Virus record (IMG/VR): IMGVR_UViG_3300030433_001954
Location: 1 to 56,379 of that record
Source: a virus
Taxonomy: Duplodnaviria > Caudoviricetes
Length of the DNA: 56,379 nucleotides
Direction: 5' to 3' (one strand)
Within the stretch, counting starts at the first letter, position 1; every line of letters starts with the position of its first letter. Positions 37,620 through 47,886 of this stretch are shown piece after piece. Position numbers and translations under genes: made by a program. The notes under the pieces were generated by a model. The model was not told the origin of the DNA and did no database searches. It worked only from the letters and a program-made list of their open reading frames with translations.

Positions 37620-40600
37620 ATGACCAAGCAGGTACAGCTAAGACGAGGTTCGCACTCGCAACATTCTACATTTACGGGTGCTGTTGGCGAACCAACGATC
37701 GATACAACTAATGTAGTAATCGTTATCCATGATGGAGTGACCGCAGGCGGTCATAGCATGGTCGGTGAAAAATCTGTCCAAGATATTGTTAATAAACGTT
37801 CGATTGCGATTGGAAAATCAGAAGCGTCTGATACACAAGACGCTCAACTAGATGTATTGGGTAATACTTTAGTTTCGGATGATGTTGATACTGGTGGATT
37901 AAGAGTTCTATACAGAGCTCCATTAGTAAGAACTGGTTTTACTAGTGCAACTTCAAGTACTCTTGTCACTTTATCGACAGCTACAGATATCAGAACAGGT
38001 TGGGGAGTTACTTCTGGTAATGTTACTGTTGGTACACAAATTCTAGATGTAGACGTAGCTACAGGAATTGTAACCCTTACTGATTTAACTACAGATTCTA
38101 CAGTAGAATATTCAGATGCCTACTTTGTAGTAGCAAATGGTAGAGTTATTGGTGGTATTGCTACTGATAGTTTAGAAGTAGGAGATATTGTTGAAGATCC
38201 AGATGATCTCTTATTCTTCAGTGGAACTACAATTACTGAAATTAGAGATGAAGAAATCGTCATCAGTGGAAACACTGCAGGAACTACAACTGGTGTTAGT
38301 ACCTTTAGTTGTACTGGTACTGCTGGTGGAACGACTCTTACATTAAGTGATACATCCAGTTTAACTGATGGAGATCTTCTCCTAGGTGATGAAGTTTTCA
38401 TTCCAGATAATTGTACTATTACAAATGTTGATAGTAACACTCAGATTACAATTAGTGCTGCACTACTTGATAGTGGAACAAACAATGTTGCTTTTGCATC
38501 ACCAGTAACAATCAAACACGTTGCAACTGGTATCGAAAATGAGTATGAATTCTTCTATCCTGATAGTGGTATTGCAACTATCACTAGAGCCTATATTAAT
38601 GATGCGGTAATTGATACTCTTAATATCACCACTCTGAATGGTGGAGATCTTCAATTACAAACAACTACTACCAATATTGCTAACATCAACGTTGGTATTA
38701 ATACATATGCATTTATTGGCACTTCTTATGTTGATGAAGCAAATCTAAATGTTGCAATTACAACAAGTGCTTTTATTAGTTCTTCTTATATTAGTACTTC
38801 CTACGTCAATGTTGGAATCACTACTGATGCATTTATCGGTACTGCATTTGTTGATAATGCAAATCTGAACATTGGTATTCAAACCTTTGCGTTTATTTCG
38901 ACTTCATATGTTGATGAACAGAATGTAAATCTTGGTCTTGCAACTGACTATACTTTCCAGACTAGTAGAAATATCCTTGGTCTAACTGATGTTGGTATTA
39001 CTACCACTCAGTTTACAAATGTAGAATATGTAGATACCGCAAATATTAACCTTGGTATCTCCACTCTTGCAAGAATGTTTGATGCTCTTGCAGATAATAT
39101 CAACATTGACGTTGGTATTGCATCTTACTTCAATGCAGGATTTGCTGGTATTGATACCGCACAAATCAAGACTGGTTTCGGTACATTCTTCAATATCGAG
39201 AACTCTACAATCGATAGTCTGTTTGTTGCAACTGGTATTGGTTCAACAACATTCGCAACCGAGTCTTATGTAGATCAAGGTTATATCAATGTCGGTATTA
39301 TGACCGAAGTTGGTATTACAACCGCTAATATTGATAATGCAAATATCGATGTTGGTATCACTTCAGTAGGATTTGCAAATACAACGTATACAGATCATGA
39401 AAATGTAAACGTTGGATTTACGACAACTGCATATCTTGATACTGCAAATATTAATGTAGGTATTGGTACAACTGTTGGTATTGCAAGTTTCAGAGCCGAA
39501 ACTGCATATATCGATGTTGGTATTGCAACCCAGATGACAGTCACAACACAGATTGTCTCTGTAGGTCAGGCAACAACCTCCTTTACAGAAGAAGATTACG
39601 TTAATCTGTCCAATGTAAACACTGGGCTCACAACGATGTCCTTTGTTGAGACGGAATATGTCAATCTGTCTAACGTAAATGTTGGTATTGGTACAACTCT
39701 ATTCCAAGAACTTTCTTACACCGATACTGGATATGTAAGATCTGGTATTAACACATATCTCGATGTAACTGGAATTGGTTCGGTTCAAGATCTTAAGGCT
39801 GCAGTTGGTGTTATTACACAACTTTCTGGTACAGATCTAAACTTCACTGGATTCTCAACTATCGGTCAATTTACTGCAGGTGTTGGTAATACTGATGTTA
39901 TTGTTAATGGTGATTTCAGAGTTTCTGGTCTCGTAACCTTTGGCCAAGGTGATGTAACTATTAATGATGATGGTGACATCTATAATATTGGCACTTTGAT
40001 GGCACCAGTTGGTGTTATCACCAATATGTCTGGTACCAACCTCAATTACACTGGTATTTCTACGATTGGTGTTGCATCTGCATCCCAAGTTACCATTACT
40101 GGACAAAATACACAACTTAACCAAGATAAGTCGGTCAGAATCAAACTATCTAATGCAGGTATTGCATCTGACTACGACTTCATTCTACCTTCTAAACTTG
40201 GTAGTCCTGGTCAGTTACTTGCAATTCAAACTGACGGAACACTAGGTTTCACCACCAACGGCGCAGGTCTGTTTGAATCAAGATACTACGTTTCCGAACA
40301 GAATGGTTCTGATGACTTCGATGGTAGGGCACTTCCTGTTGCATCTATTAAGAAGGCGACACAACTTGCATCTTTCGACTCCTTCGTTATTCCTGGTCAG
40401 AGATACCTCGATGCAGGTGACCTGATTGAGAACAACGTAGACTTCATTGTTGAAGAAGCATTTGGTGCTCTAGAATTCAACTATGAGAATCTCACCACTG
40501 ATTATCCAGAATATAATAGAAATGACTGGAAGGACAAGATTGTTCTACTCCTAGAAAACCTCCAGTATGACATTAGATTCGGTGGTAATAGTAAAGCTGT

Positions 40601-43600
40601 TGAGACCGCAAAAGATCTCTATAAGAACGGAATTGAATATTATGATGGAGAAGAGGTAATTGCAATCTACCTCTACAACTACATTAAGTTTATTGTTCAG
40701 TATATTGTAAATAATCAGTCTCCACCAACTCTTTATGGACCTGGTATTTCCACAACTGGTATTTCTTCTCAGACTCAGTACTTTGATCTGACGATCACTC
40801 AAGACCCTGAGAACACCAATCTTAACTACTTCCATACATCTAAGGATGCAAGAAATCTAATCCTTGCAAACAAACTGGAAATTGTTGATAAGTCTCTTGC
40901 AGCAATCGCTGTTGGTGTTACCAATGGTAATGACTTCTACTTCCCAGGTGATACTCAGAGCAACGAAAGATCTAGATTCTACTCTGCATATCGTCTGATC
41001 CAGAAGAACAGACAAGAAATCATTGATTATGCATGGGCAGATACCGTTGCAACTTATCCTGGCATTTCTGCTACTGAAGATAAGTGTAAGAGAGACATTG
41101 GATATTTTGTTGACGCAGTTTCTACTGACGTATTCACTGGTGGTAACAACTACGCTAGATCGTTTGTTGGTTTCTACTTTGATAGTGGAGCACCTCTAGG
41201 AAATGGACTTCTCGGTGAAGAGGTTGAATCCAACCACGCATTTACCGAGGCTGCAGTTGGTATGTCTTCGGCACTTACCAACAACTTGTCAATTGTTGAT
41301 AACACTATCCCTGCTGACCCTGCAACTGGATCTAATACTGATACTGCATCTTGTGCAAACGTAAGATCTACGGTCAATACACTCCTCGGAATTGTTACTA
41401 CTTCCGTTGCAGCAGGTTCTACCGCAGGTATTGGTACCACTAGTAACTATGGTTACTTCCTGATCTCCCCAACTCTAAACGTAAGTGATAGTGTTGGTAT
41501 TGGATCTACTAATATCTTCGGTGGTCGTAAGTGTGCAAGAGACCTCAACTACTTTGTTGATACAATTGCACAGGATATTGCTTTCGATAGTAATCAAAAT
41601 ACAATTTACAGCACCAAACTATACTTCGATGGTGCAGGTAATCTACTCTCCAATGGTGTTGCTGGAGAACAATTCGAGTCAATACTTGCATTTAATGCAT
41701 CTAGAGACTTGATGAAGAAGGCGATCACGAACCAGTTGAATAATCGTGATCTAACCGTTATTGCTGATAGTGAGACTGGATTCAATACTGATCCAAACTC
41801 CTGTTCTACAACTCAGACACAGATCGGCAACCTTGTCGGTATTCTGACTACCGCACTTGATACTGCATCTCTTGCAGGTATTGGTTCTACAAGTTTCGGT
41901 ATCACAGATTGTACTGATGTAAGACAGGCTCTTGTCAACTACATTGGTATTGTTACCGCAGTTATTGGTGCAGGTAATACATCTGGTCTACCTGAAGTTG
42001 TACTACCAGAAACCCAGTCGAAACCAATTTGTATCTTTGTTGAGGCAGGTAACTACATTGAAGACAACCCACTACTTGTCTATGATGACGTTGCGATCGT
42101 TGGTGACAACCTAAGAAACACGATTATCAGACCTAAGAACGCTGGTAAGGACTTGTTCCGTGTCAGAAATGGTTGTTATGTTACTGGTTTCGCGATGAAG
42201 GATAACATCGACGCTGCTGGTGTTCCACAATTCACCTTTAATAATGCAGTTGCATACGATGATCCTGCAGACCAATTCACTTCCAGAACTGGTTATGCAA
42301 CCAAACTCGACAAACCACTAATTACCAGATCTCCATACATCCAAAATTGCTCGATTCTATCGTTCTTGGGTGGTAATGGTATTCTTGTTGATGGTAACTT
42401 GGTCAGATCTCCAAACTCTCCAATTGTTGCGGAAGAGGCAGAAGTCGATCCAGACAACGTTCAACCAGAACAGGGTAAATCCATGGTTGCTGCGGCATTC
42501 ACCATGGTTTCCTTCAATGGTATTGGTTGGCGTGTTATTAACGATGGTTACTCACAGGTTGTTTCTTGTTTCCAAATTTTCTGTAGATATGGTTCTCTAA
42601 CTCAGTCTGGTGGTTACCTATCCATTACGAACTCCGCAACCAACTTCGGTCTATTCGCACTAAGATCGACTGGATTCAGCCCAGCGTCCTTCAAGTTCGA
42701 TAGAGGTAGAATTGCAGAGACTGGTACCTCTGGTGGTCTGACAACCCTCAAGGTTGTTGGTCTCGGTAACTCCACTCAGGACCTTTACGTTACAAGATTC
42801 TTTGATAATGACAACAATGACGTAACCGCGAACTTCAAGACTTCTCCAACAGTTGTTGAGTTCATCGGTGCGGCATCTACCCAAGGTGGTGCAGTTGACC
42901 TGAACCTTGATCAAATTACTCTGACTGCACACCCATTCCAGAATGGCGATTCTGTCATCTATGAAGGTGACGAACAAGATGTTCCTATCAGAGTTCTGGG
43001 TGGTCTGGTTTCTCAGAACCAGTATTACCTGAAGGTCGTTGACGTTAATACAGTTGAGGTCTTTGAGGACGATGGTCTTGCAACTAAGGTTAATCTGACT
43101 GCAACTACTACTGGTATTAACACCTTCAAGAAGAATACTCAAGAATTCTTCGCTACTGAGGTTCTAACGAGACACAACATCTATCAGAGTCTGACTCTTG
43201 CAACTGGAATTGGAACAGTCAACTTTGTTTCTGGTAGACAAGTTACTCAGGCAGTTTCTGGTGGTAGCGCAGTTGGTATCGCACTGACATATAACAATTC
43301 ATCCAGAGAACTGGTTGTTTCTGTTGAATTGTCTGGTGATGTTAGAAGAAACTTCCAGGTAACCGATGGTGTTAATAACCTGAATATTTCTTCTCATGAT
43401 GGATCTCCAGTTTCCGCTGGTATTACTCAGATCACTGGTATTTCCACATATTGGACAACTAATTCTAAGATTGATTCTACTCTAACTGGTGGTAACATCG
43501 TTGGTGTTTCTAATCTACCTGAAACTTACAAACTACACTTCCATAGACCATCCATTATTAACTCCTCCTCACATACGTGGGAATATTCTGGATCTGGTGT

Positions 43601-46600
43601 TGACTATAACGCACTACCACAAAACGGCGGTCAGACTGATACCAGTACTGAACAGGTTGCAGAAGGTGGTGGACGAGTCTTCTCCTCTGGTACTAACGAA
43701 CTGGGTGACTTTAAGATTGGTGACTTCATTACTGCGTTCAACAGAACTGGTAACATCATCTTCAACAACACTGTTTCGATTGGTAACTTGGATTCTATCC
43801 GACTATCACTCTCTGGTGGTGTTGCGGTTGAAGAATTCTCCACAGACCAAGACCTCGGTGATAATGAAATCGGTGGTCCACTGAACAAGAGAGTTTCTAC
43901 TCAGTTGGCAGTCAGAGGATTCCTCAACAACAGACTGGGTGGTTTCATCGATAAGAACGTATCTACCAACGCAGTTCCTGGCGCAATTGTCCAGTTGAAC
44001 AACATTGGTCAGATCAACCCCGATCTAATTCCACCTAAGACAGTTAACTTCTTCAGAGCGAAAGTTGATGACGGAAGAACTCAACTAGTCAACCAGATTC
44101 CTGCAGTTAATCTACAAACTGGTGACACGGTTGTTGAACCATCCTTCAGTTATGTTCTTGTTACTGACGTTCTGTCTCAGTATCTGGTTCTCGATAACGA
44201 CACCATTTATGACTTCGATAATGGTGATGAAGTCAAGGGTACAGTTTCTGATGGTGGTGCAGTTGGTATCGTTACATCACCTCCTGCAATTGGCATTAAC
44301 ACTGATACACTTTCCTTCCCCGAGTGTGGTTATGGCACAACAGGTCTTGTACGTGGTGTTGCACTAACACTAACGAATCTGACTGGTGGTACTGAATATC
44401 CTACCGCTGGTATCTACACGGGCGTTAGACTTGATACCTCCTCTGGTATTGGTACTGGTATTACTGGTGAAGTTACAGTTGGTGGTTCTGGAACAGTTAC
44501 TTCTCTTGGTATTAACACTGGTGGTCGCAACTTCGCAGTTGGTGATGTTGTCACACTTTATGACCACTCTGAAGTTGGTGGTGCAGCAGGTGTAGGTACA
44601 CCATTCACCGCAACGATTGGAAGTGTTGAAACAAGACTATATCTGAAACTAACCAATAACCAGAAGTTTACTGGTTCTGCGGTACTGACCGACTATATCG
44701 CTGACGGAAACGCAGTTGCAATCACAACATCTCAGGTTGGTTCTGCAGTATCCTTCACCTTTACTCCAACTGATATTGCAGTTGGTGGTGATATTGACTT
44801 CGCTCAGGATAGAATCCTTTGTGGCGCAGCAACTGCAGCACTATTCGAGAACGGAGACCCACTCTTCTTCACAGTTGATGCTGGAACCCCAATTTCTCCT
44901 CTCGCGCTCTCAGATACTTACTACGTTAAGAAGGTTGGTGTTGGTACTACCGCAATCGAACTTTATACTAACTACGCTCTAACCACCAAGATCGACCTCG
45001 ATGCATCTGGTACTGGTACTTCTAACAGACTGACTAGAAGAGCATTCGATGTTGATACAAATCAGATCGTAGTTCCTTCACACGGGCTCACACAAGGCGA
45101 TCCTCTGTTTGTCGATAAAGTTGGATCTGGAAGTTCCCTACCTACAGGTATTACTACAGGATTCTACTTCGCGGGTTCTGTAACCGTAAACTCCTTTACT
45201 CTGCATGATTCCAGACAGGACTCCTTGAACTCCATCAACGGACTTCTGTTTGCAACTCAAGCCTTCACTAAAGTAGGTTTCGGAACAGTTTCCTTCACGA
45301 AACAAAATATCACTTACGAGGCAACAGTTAATACATCTTCTTCGGATGCAACTAACTGGTCCTTGAATGCAAGTTCTTCGATTGACGCATCTAACATCAT
45401 TAGTGGTACAGTTGACCCATCCAGACTTGGTTCTGGTGAGGCAAACACCGATACATTCCTAAGAGGTGATTCTTCCTTCCAGAAGATTGTTACTTCGGTT
45501 GGTATTGGTACCACACAACCATTCGACGTAACTTCTACTCTAACCACATTCGCGCCTAACGGAGTTGGAATCAACACCTATCAAGGTAAGATTACACTTG
45601 GTCTGAATAGAGTTGAATCTACACTTGATGAGTATTCTACTCTGGGTATTGCTCAATACAAGTTGTCAACGTTTAGCGTCGGCGACGATGGTAGAATTCA
45701 GGTCAAGAACGCGGCCTCGGGCGGCGATATTGACGCCGCAACCTTCGATGGTAATGGTTCTGCATATTACCTAGACATCAATAACATTCAGGGTAATATC
45801 CCAATCGCTAGAGGTGGTACTGGTCTCCAGGCACTTCCATCGAATGGCGCAATCCTGATTGGTAATGGTGTTTCTTATGACCTGACCGCAAATCCTGAGT
45901 TCGCGGGCGATGTTACCTTCTCTGGTGGTAACAATGCAATGAAACTCTCCGCGAACTGCGACTTCGCACTAACGAATAGTGGTACGTGGACTGGAGAGAA
46001 ATCATTTAAGATTCAGGCATACAACAGCAATCTATATGCTCAGTATTCCAGTAACTTCATTCTAAGAAACTCTTCTGGTACTAATAGACTTACATTAACA
46101 GCCGCGGGCACGCTCACGCTCGCGGGCACGGCTAGCATGACCAGATTGACCCTAACTCAGGCAACTGGAACTGCACCAATGGCCGTTTCGTCCACGACTC
46201 TGGTCACTAACCTGAACGCAGATAGAGTTGATAACCTCCACGCATCTCAGTTCTTGAGATCTGACGCGAACGATACCACGACTGGTCAAATCATCTTCAC
46301 GAAGTCAAATAACGCTGGATCTGGTGGTGGTCAGATTTACCTGAATGGTAGTACTGGCAACAGAATTGATTGGAACTCTAATGGTGTTGCAGCTCCAACC
46401 AATACTAACAGATCTGCTGGTACTAAGATGGTTCTTTATCCATCACTCAGTTCTGGTTCTGTTGATTATGCACTCGGTATCGAGTCTTCCAATATGTGGT
46501 TCTCGGTGTCCACCCCCTCGGCAGGTTTCAAATGGTACAATGGCACCCAACAGGCCATGCAGCTGACGAACAGTAATCTTGACGTTACTGGTGAAGTTAG

Positions 46601-47834
46601 AGGTCGTGTACTGAGATCTGATGTTGCTAACGGAACTGCGCCTCTGATTGTTTCTTCCACAACCAAGGTCACGAACCTCAACGCTGACCTACTCGATGGA
46701 ATGTCCACATCTTCCTCTAACCAATCTTCTGCATCGATTGTGTCTAGAGACTCTAGTGGTAATTTCAGAGGTAACGAAATCAAAGCAAACCACTTCGTCC
46801 GTGGTTCTCAAATCGGTAACTCTTCTCTATCGATTTCTGAAACTGATGGTAATAATGACTCGCAGATTGCGTTGCAGCACCCAGGCGGGCAGACATTTGG
46901 TATCCTGTGTTGGGACGCTGATACTTTCCTGAGTTCTGGAATTTATTATAGTAATGGTGTTTGGACCCACCAGAACGTCAACAACAATAACAACATGTTG
47001 AGAATGGTACCAGGCACGGGTGTCACCTGGTATTCATCTAACAATGGATCTGGTTCTTGGAACGTTTCTTCTAACAGAACACTCTGGAATTCCTCAGGCG
47101 TCTGGCAACAACCCCTGAGTAGAACTCTGACCATGAACACCAGTGGTAATGGTATTTCTGGTTCTGCATCATTCAACAACTCGGGCAATGTAACCTTCAC
47201 GGTCACATCTAACGCGACCGCGAACAACTCTGCCAACTCGATTGTGTTTAGAAATGGTAGTGGTGATTCTAGCCACAGATACCTGAATGCAGATCGTTTC
47301 AGAAGTAGTTCGGATGCTAACACCAGACTGCAAAATAACGCACTGATTCTTAGAGGTAGTTCACCAACAGTTTATCTACGCGATACGAACCACAACGTAT
47401 CGATGCTCCATTGTAACTCCAACATCTTCTACGTCCTGCGTGGTAGTAATGACTCGGAGTCTTGGACACAGGTCAACAGCGTCTGGCCTCTGCAGATCAA
47501 CCTCACCAACAACAACGCAACGTTTGGTGGAACAGTTACTGCATCGTCTGACGTAAGATTCAAGAAAAACATCGTCACGATCGAAGGCGCGCTCGATAGA
47601 GTTCTGAGAATGCGTGGTGTATTCTTCGAGAGACTTGAAACACCTGGTACTGAGTGTGGTGTTATCGCCCAGGAGGTTCAGGAGGTACTACCTGAAGTTG
47701 TTACCGAAACCGATAATGGACATCTGTCCGTCGCATACGGAAACATCTCAGGTCTCCTGATTCAAGCGATCAAGGAACAGCAAGAGCAGATCGAAGAACT
47801 CCGTGAGGAGATCAGAAAACTTAAGGGTGAGTGA
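37620..47834 (+). CDS. long tail fibre/spike protein: Mtd_N-like N-terminus, beta-repeat shaft, beta-helix region and C-terminal peptidase S74 chaperone (3404 aa)
   Basis: MTKQVQLRRGS....FTGAVGE.TIDT.....IHDGVTAGG; NVGI.T repeats at ~38570-40080; YV...GSDD.DG...SIKKA and IFVEAGNYIE..IVGDNLRNTII; two GTAP..VSSTT.VTNLNAD repeats; SDVRFKKNI...GVIAQEVQEVLPEVV...LLIQAIKE. Confidence 0.88.
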   Translation: MTKQVQLRRGSHSQHSTFTGAVGEPTIDTTNVVIVIHDGVTAGGHSMVGEKSVQDIVNKRSIAIGKSEASDTQDAQLDVLGNTLVSDDVDTGGLRVLYRAPLVRTGFTSATSSTLVTLSTATDIRTGWGVTSGNVTVGTQILDVDVATGIVTLTDLTTDSTVEYSDAYFVVANGRVIGGIATDSLEVGDIVEDPDDLLFFSGTTITEIRDEEIVISGNTAGTTTGVSTFSCTGTAGGTTLTLSDTSSLTDGDLLLGDEVFIPDNCTITNVDSNTQITISAALLDSGTNNVAFASPVTIKHVATGIENEYEFFYPDSGIATITRAYINDAVIDTLNITTLNGGDLQLQTTTTNIANINVGINTYAFIGTSYVDEANLNVAITTSAFISSSYISTSYVNVGITTDAFIGTAFVDNANLNIGIQTFAFISTSYVDEQNVNLGLATDYTFQTSRNILGLTDVGITTTQFTNVEYVDTANINLGISTLARMFDALADNINIDVGIASYFNAGFAGIDTAQIKTGFGTFFNIENSTIDSLFVATGIGSTTFATESYVDQGYINVGIMTEVGITTANIDNANIDVGITSVGFANTTYTDHENVNVGFTTTAYLDTANINVGIGTTVGIASFRAETAYIDVGIATQMTVTTQIVSVGQATTSFTEEDYVNLSNVNTGLTTMSFVETEYVNLSNVNVGIGTTLFQELSYTDTGYVRSGINTYLDVTGIGSVQDLKAAVGVITQLSGTDLNFTGFSTIGQFTAGVGNTDVIVNGDFRVSGLVTFGQGDVTINDDGDIYNIGTLMAPVGVITNMSGTNLNYTGISTIGVASASQVTITGQNTQLNQDKSVRIKLSNAGIASDYDFILPSKLGSPGQLLAIQTDGTLGFTTNGAGLFESRYYVSEQNGSDDFDGRALPVASIKKATQLASFDSFVIPGQRYLDAGDLIENNVDFIVEEAFGALEFNYENLTTDYPEYNRNDWKDKIVLLLENLQYDIRFGGNSKAVETAKDLYKNGIEYYDGEEVIAIYLYNYIKFIVQYIVNNQSPPTLYGPGISTTGISSQTQYFDLTITQDPENTNLNYFHTSKDARNLILANKLEIVDKSLAAIAVGVTNGNDFYFPGDTQSNERSRFYSAYRLIQKNRQEIIDYAWADTVATYPGISATEDKCKRDIGYFVDAVSTDVFTGGNNYARSFVGFYFDSGAPLGNGLLGEEVESNHAFTEAAVGMSSALTNNLSIVDNTIPADPATGSNTDTASCANVRSTVNTLLGIVTTSVAAGSTAGIGTTSNYGYFLISPTLNVSDSVGIGSTNIFGGRKCARDLNYFVDTIAQDIAFDSNQNTIYSTKLYFDGAGNLLSNGVAGEQFESILAFNASRDLMKKAITNQLNNRDLTVIADSETGFNTDPNSCSTTQTQIGNLVGILTTALDTASLAGIGSTSFGITDCTDVRQALVNYIGIVTAVIGAGNTSGLPEVVLPETQSKPICIFVEAGNYIEDNPLLVYDDVAIVGDNLRNTIIRPKNAGKDLFRVRNGCYVTGFAMKDNIDAAGVPQFTFNNAVAYDDPADQFTSRTGYATKLDKPLITRSPYIQNCSILSFLGGNGILVDGNLVRSPNSPIVAEEAEVDPDNVQPEQGKSMVAAAFTMVSFNGIGWRVINDGYSQVVSCFQIFCRYGSLTQSGGYLSITNSATNFGLFALRSTGFSPASFKFDRGRIAETGTSGGLTTLKVVGLGNSTQDLYVTRFFDNDNNDVTANFKTSPTVVEFIGAASTQGGAVDLNLDQITLTAHPFQNGDSVIYEGDEQDVPIRVLGGLVSQNQYYLKVVDVNTVEVFEDDGLATKVNLTATTTGINTFKKNTQEFFATEVLTRHNIYQSLTLATGIGTVNFVSGRQVTQAVSGGSAVGIALTYNNSSRELVVSVELSGDVRRNFQVTDGVNNLNISSHDGSPVSAGITQITGISTYWTTNSKIDSTLTGGNIVGVSNLPETYKLHFHRPSIINSSSHTWEYSGSGVDYNALPQNGGQTDTSTEQVAEGGGRVFSSGTNELGDFKIGDFITAFNRTGNIIFNNTVSIGNLDSIRLSLSGGVAVEEFSTDQDLGDNEIGGPLNKRVSTQLAVRGFLNNRLGGFIDKNVSTNAVPGAIVQLNNIGQINPDLIPPKTVNFFRAKVDDGRTQLVNQIPAVNLQTGDTVVEPSFSYVLVTDVLSQYLVLDNDTIYDFDNGDEVKGTVSDGGAVGIVTSPPAIGINTDTLSFPECGYGTTGLVRGVALTLTNLTGGTEYPTAGIYTGVRLDTSSGIGTGITGEVTVGGSGTVTSLGINTGGRNFAVGDVVTLYDHSEVGGAAGVGTPFTATIGSVETRLYLKLTNNQKFTGSAVLTDYIADGNAVAITTSQVGSAVSFTFTPTDIAVGGDIDFAQDRILCGAATAALFENGDPLFFTVDAGTPISPLALSDTYYVKKVGVGTTAIELYTNYALTTKIDLDASGTGTSNRLTRRAFDVDTNQIVVPSHGLTQGDPLFVDKVGSGSSLPTGITTGFYFAGSVTVNSFTLHDSRQDSLNSINGLLFATQAFTKVGFGTVSFTKQNITYEATVNTSSSDATNWSLNASSSIDASNIISGTVDPSRLGSGEANTDTFLRGDSSFQKIVTSVGIGTTQPFDVTSTLTTFAPNGVGINTYQGKITLGLNRVESTLDEYSTLGIAQYKLSTFSVGDDGRIQVKNAASGGDIDAATFDGNGSAYYLDINNIQGNIPIARGGTGLQALPSNGAILIGNGVSYDLTANPEFAGDVTFSGGNNAMKLSANCDFALTNSGTWTGEKSFKIQAYNSNLYAQYSSNFILRNSSGTNRLTLTAAGTLTLAGTASMTRLTLTQATGTAPMAVSSTTLVTNLNADRVDNLHASQFLRSDANDTTTGQIIFTKSNNAGSGGGQIYLNGSTGNRIDWNSNGVAAPTNTNRSAGTKMVLYPSLSSGSVDYALGIESSNMWFSVSTPSAGFKWYNGTQQAMQLTNSNLDVTGEVRGRVLRSDVANGTAPLIVSSTTKVTNLNADLLDGMSTSSSNQSSASIVSRDSSGNFRGNEIKANHFVRGSQIGNSSLSISETDGNNDSQIALQHPGGQTFGILCWDADTFLSSGIYYSNGVWTHQNVNNNNNMLRMVPGTGVTWYSSNNGSGSWNVSSNRTLWNSSGVWQQPLSRTLTMNTSGNGISGSASFNNSGNVTFTVTSNATANNSANSIVFRNGSGDSSHRYLNADRFRSSSDANTRLQNNALILRGSSPTVYLRDTNHNVSMLHCNSNIFYVLRGSNDSESWTQVNSVWPLQINLTNNNATFGGTVTASSDVRFKKNIVTIEGALDRVLRMRGVFFERLETPGTECGVIAQEVQEVLPEVVTETDNGHLSVAYGNISGLLIQAIKEQQEQIEELREEIRKLKGE
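40401..41969 (+). other. second copy of the three-domain phycobiliprotein-like cassette, inside the tail fibre
   Basis: DKCKRDIGYF (Cys codon 41085), SCANV (41352), KCARDLNYF (41532), SCSTT (41802), DCTDVRQALVNY (41910). Confidence 0.65.
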
Positions 47835-47850
47835 TAACTCACTCTCCGTT

Positions 47851-47858
47851 TATAAATA
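47851..47858 (+). promoter_or_regulatory. T4-type late promoter for gp13
   Basis: Exact TATAAATA overlapping the 5' arm of a terminator hairpin. Confidence 0.85.
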
Positions 47859-47886
47859 CCTCTAGGAAACTAGGGGTATTTTTTTT
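47854..47886 (+). terminator. intrinsic terminator / RBS-sequestering hairpin
   Basis: AAATACCTCTAG-GAAA-CTAGGGGTATTT with the T run continuing to 47886; ATG at 47887. Confidence 0.85.

Noticed and set aside
38570-40080. CRISPR-like or tandem DNA repeat array in the tail fibre
   Set aside because: The periodicity is at the protein level (NVGI.T...YVD.AN beta-shaft repeats) with diverged DNA; there is no repeat-spacer structure
37620-47834. Diversity-generating retroelement suggested by the Mtd_N-like N-terminus
   Set aside because: No reverse transcriptase and no template/variable repeat pair differing at adenines was seen; the C-terminus is an S74 chaperone, not a C-type lectin variable region
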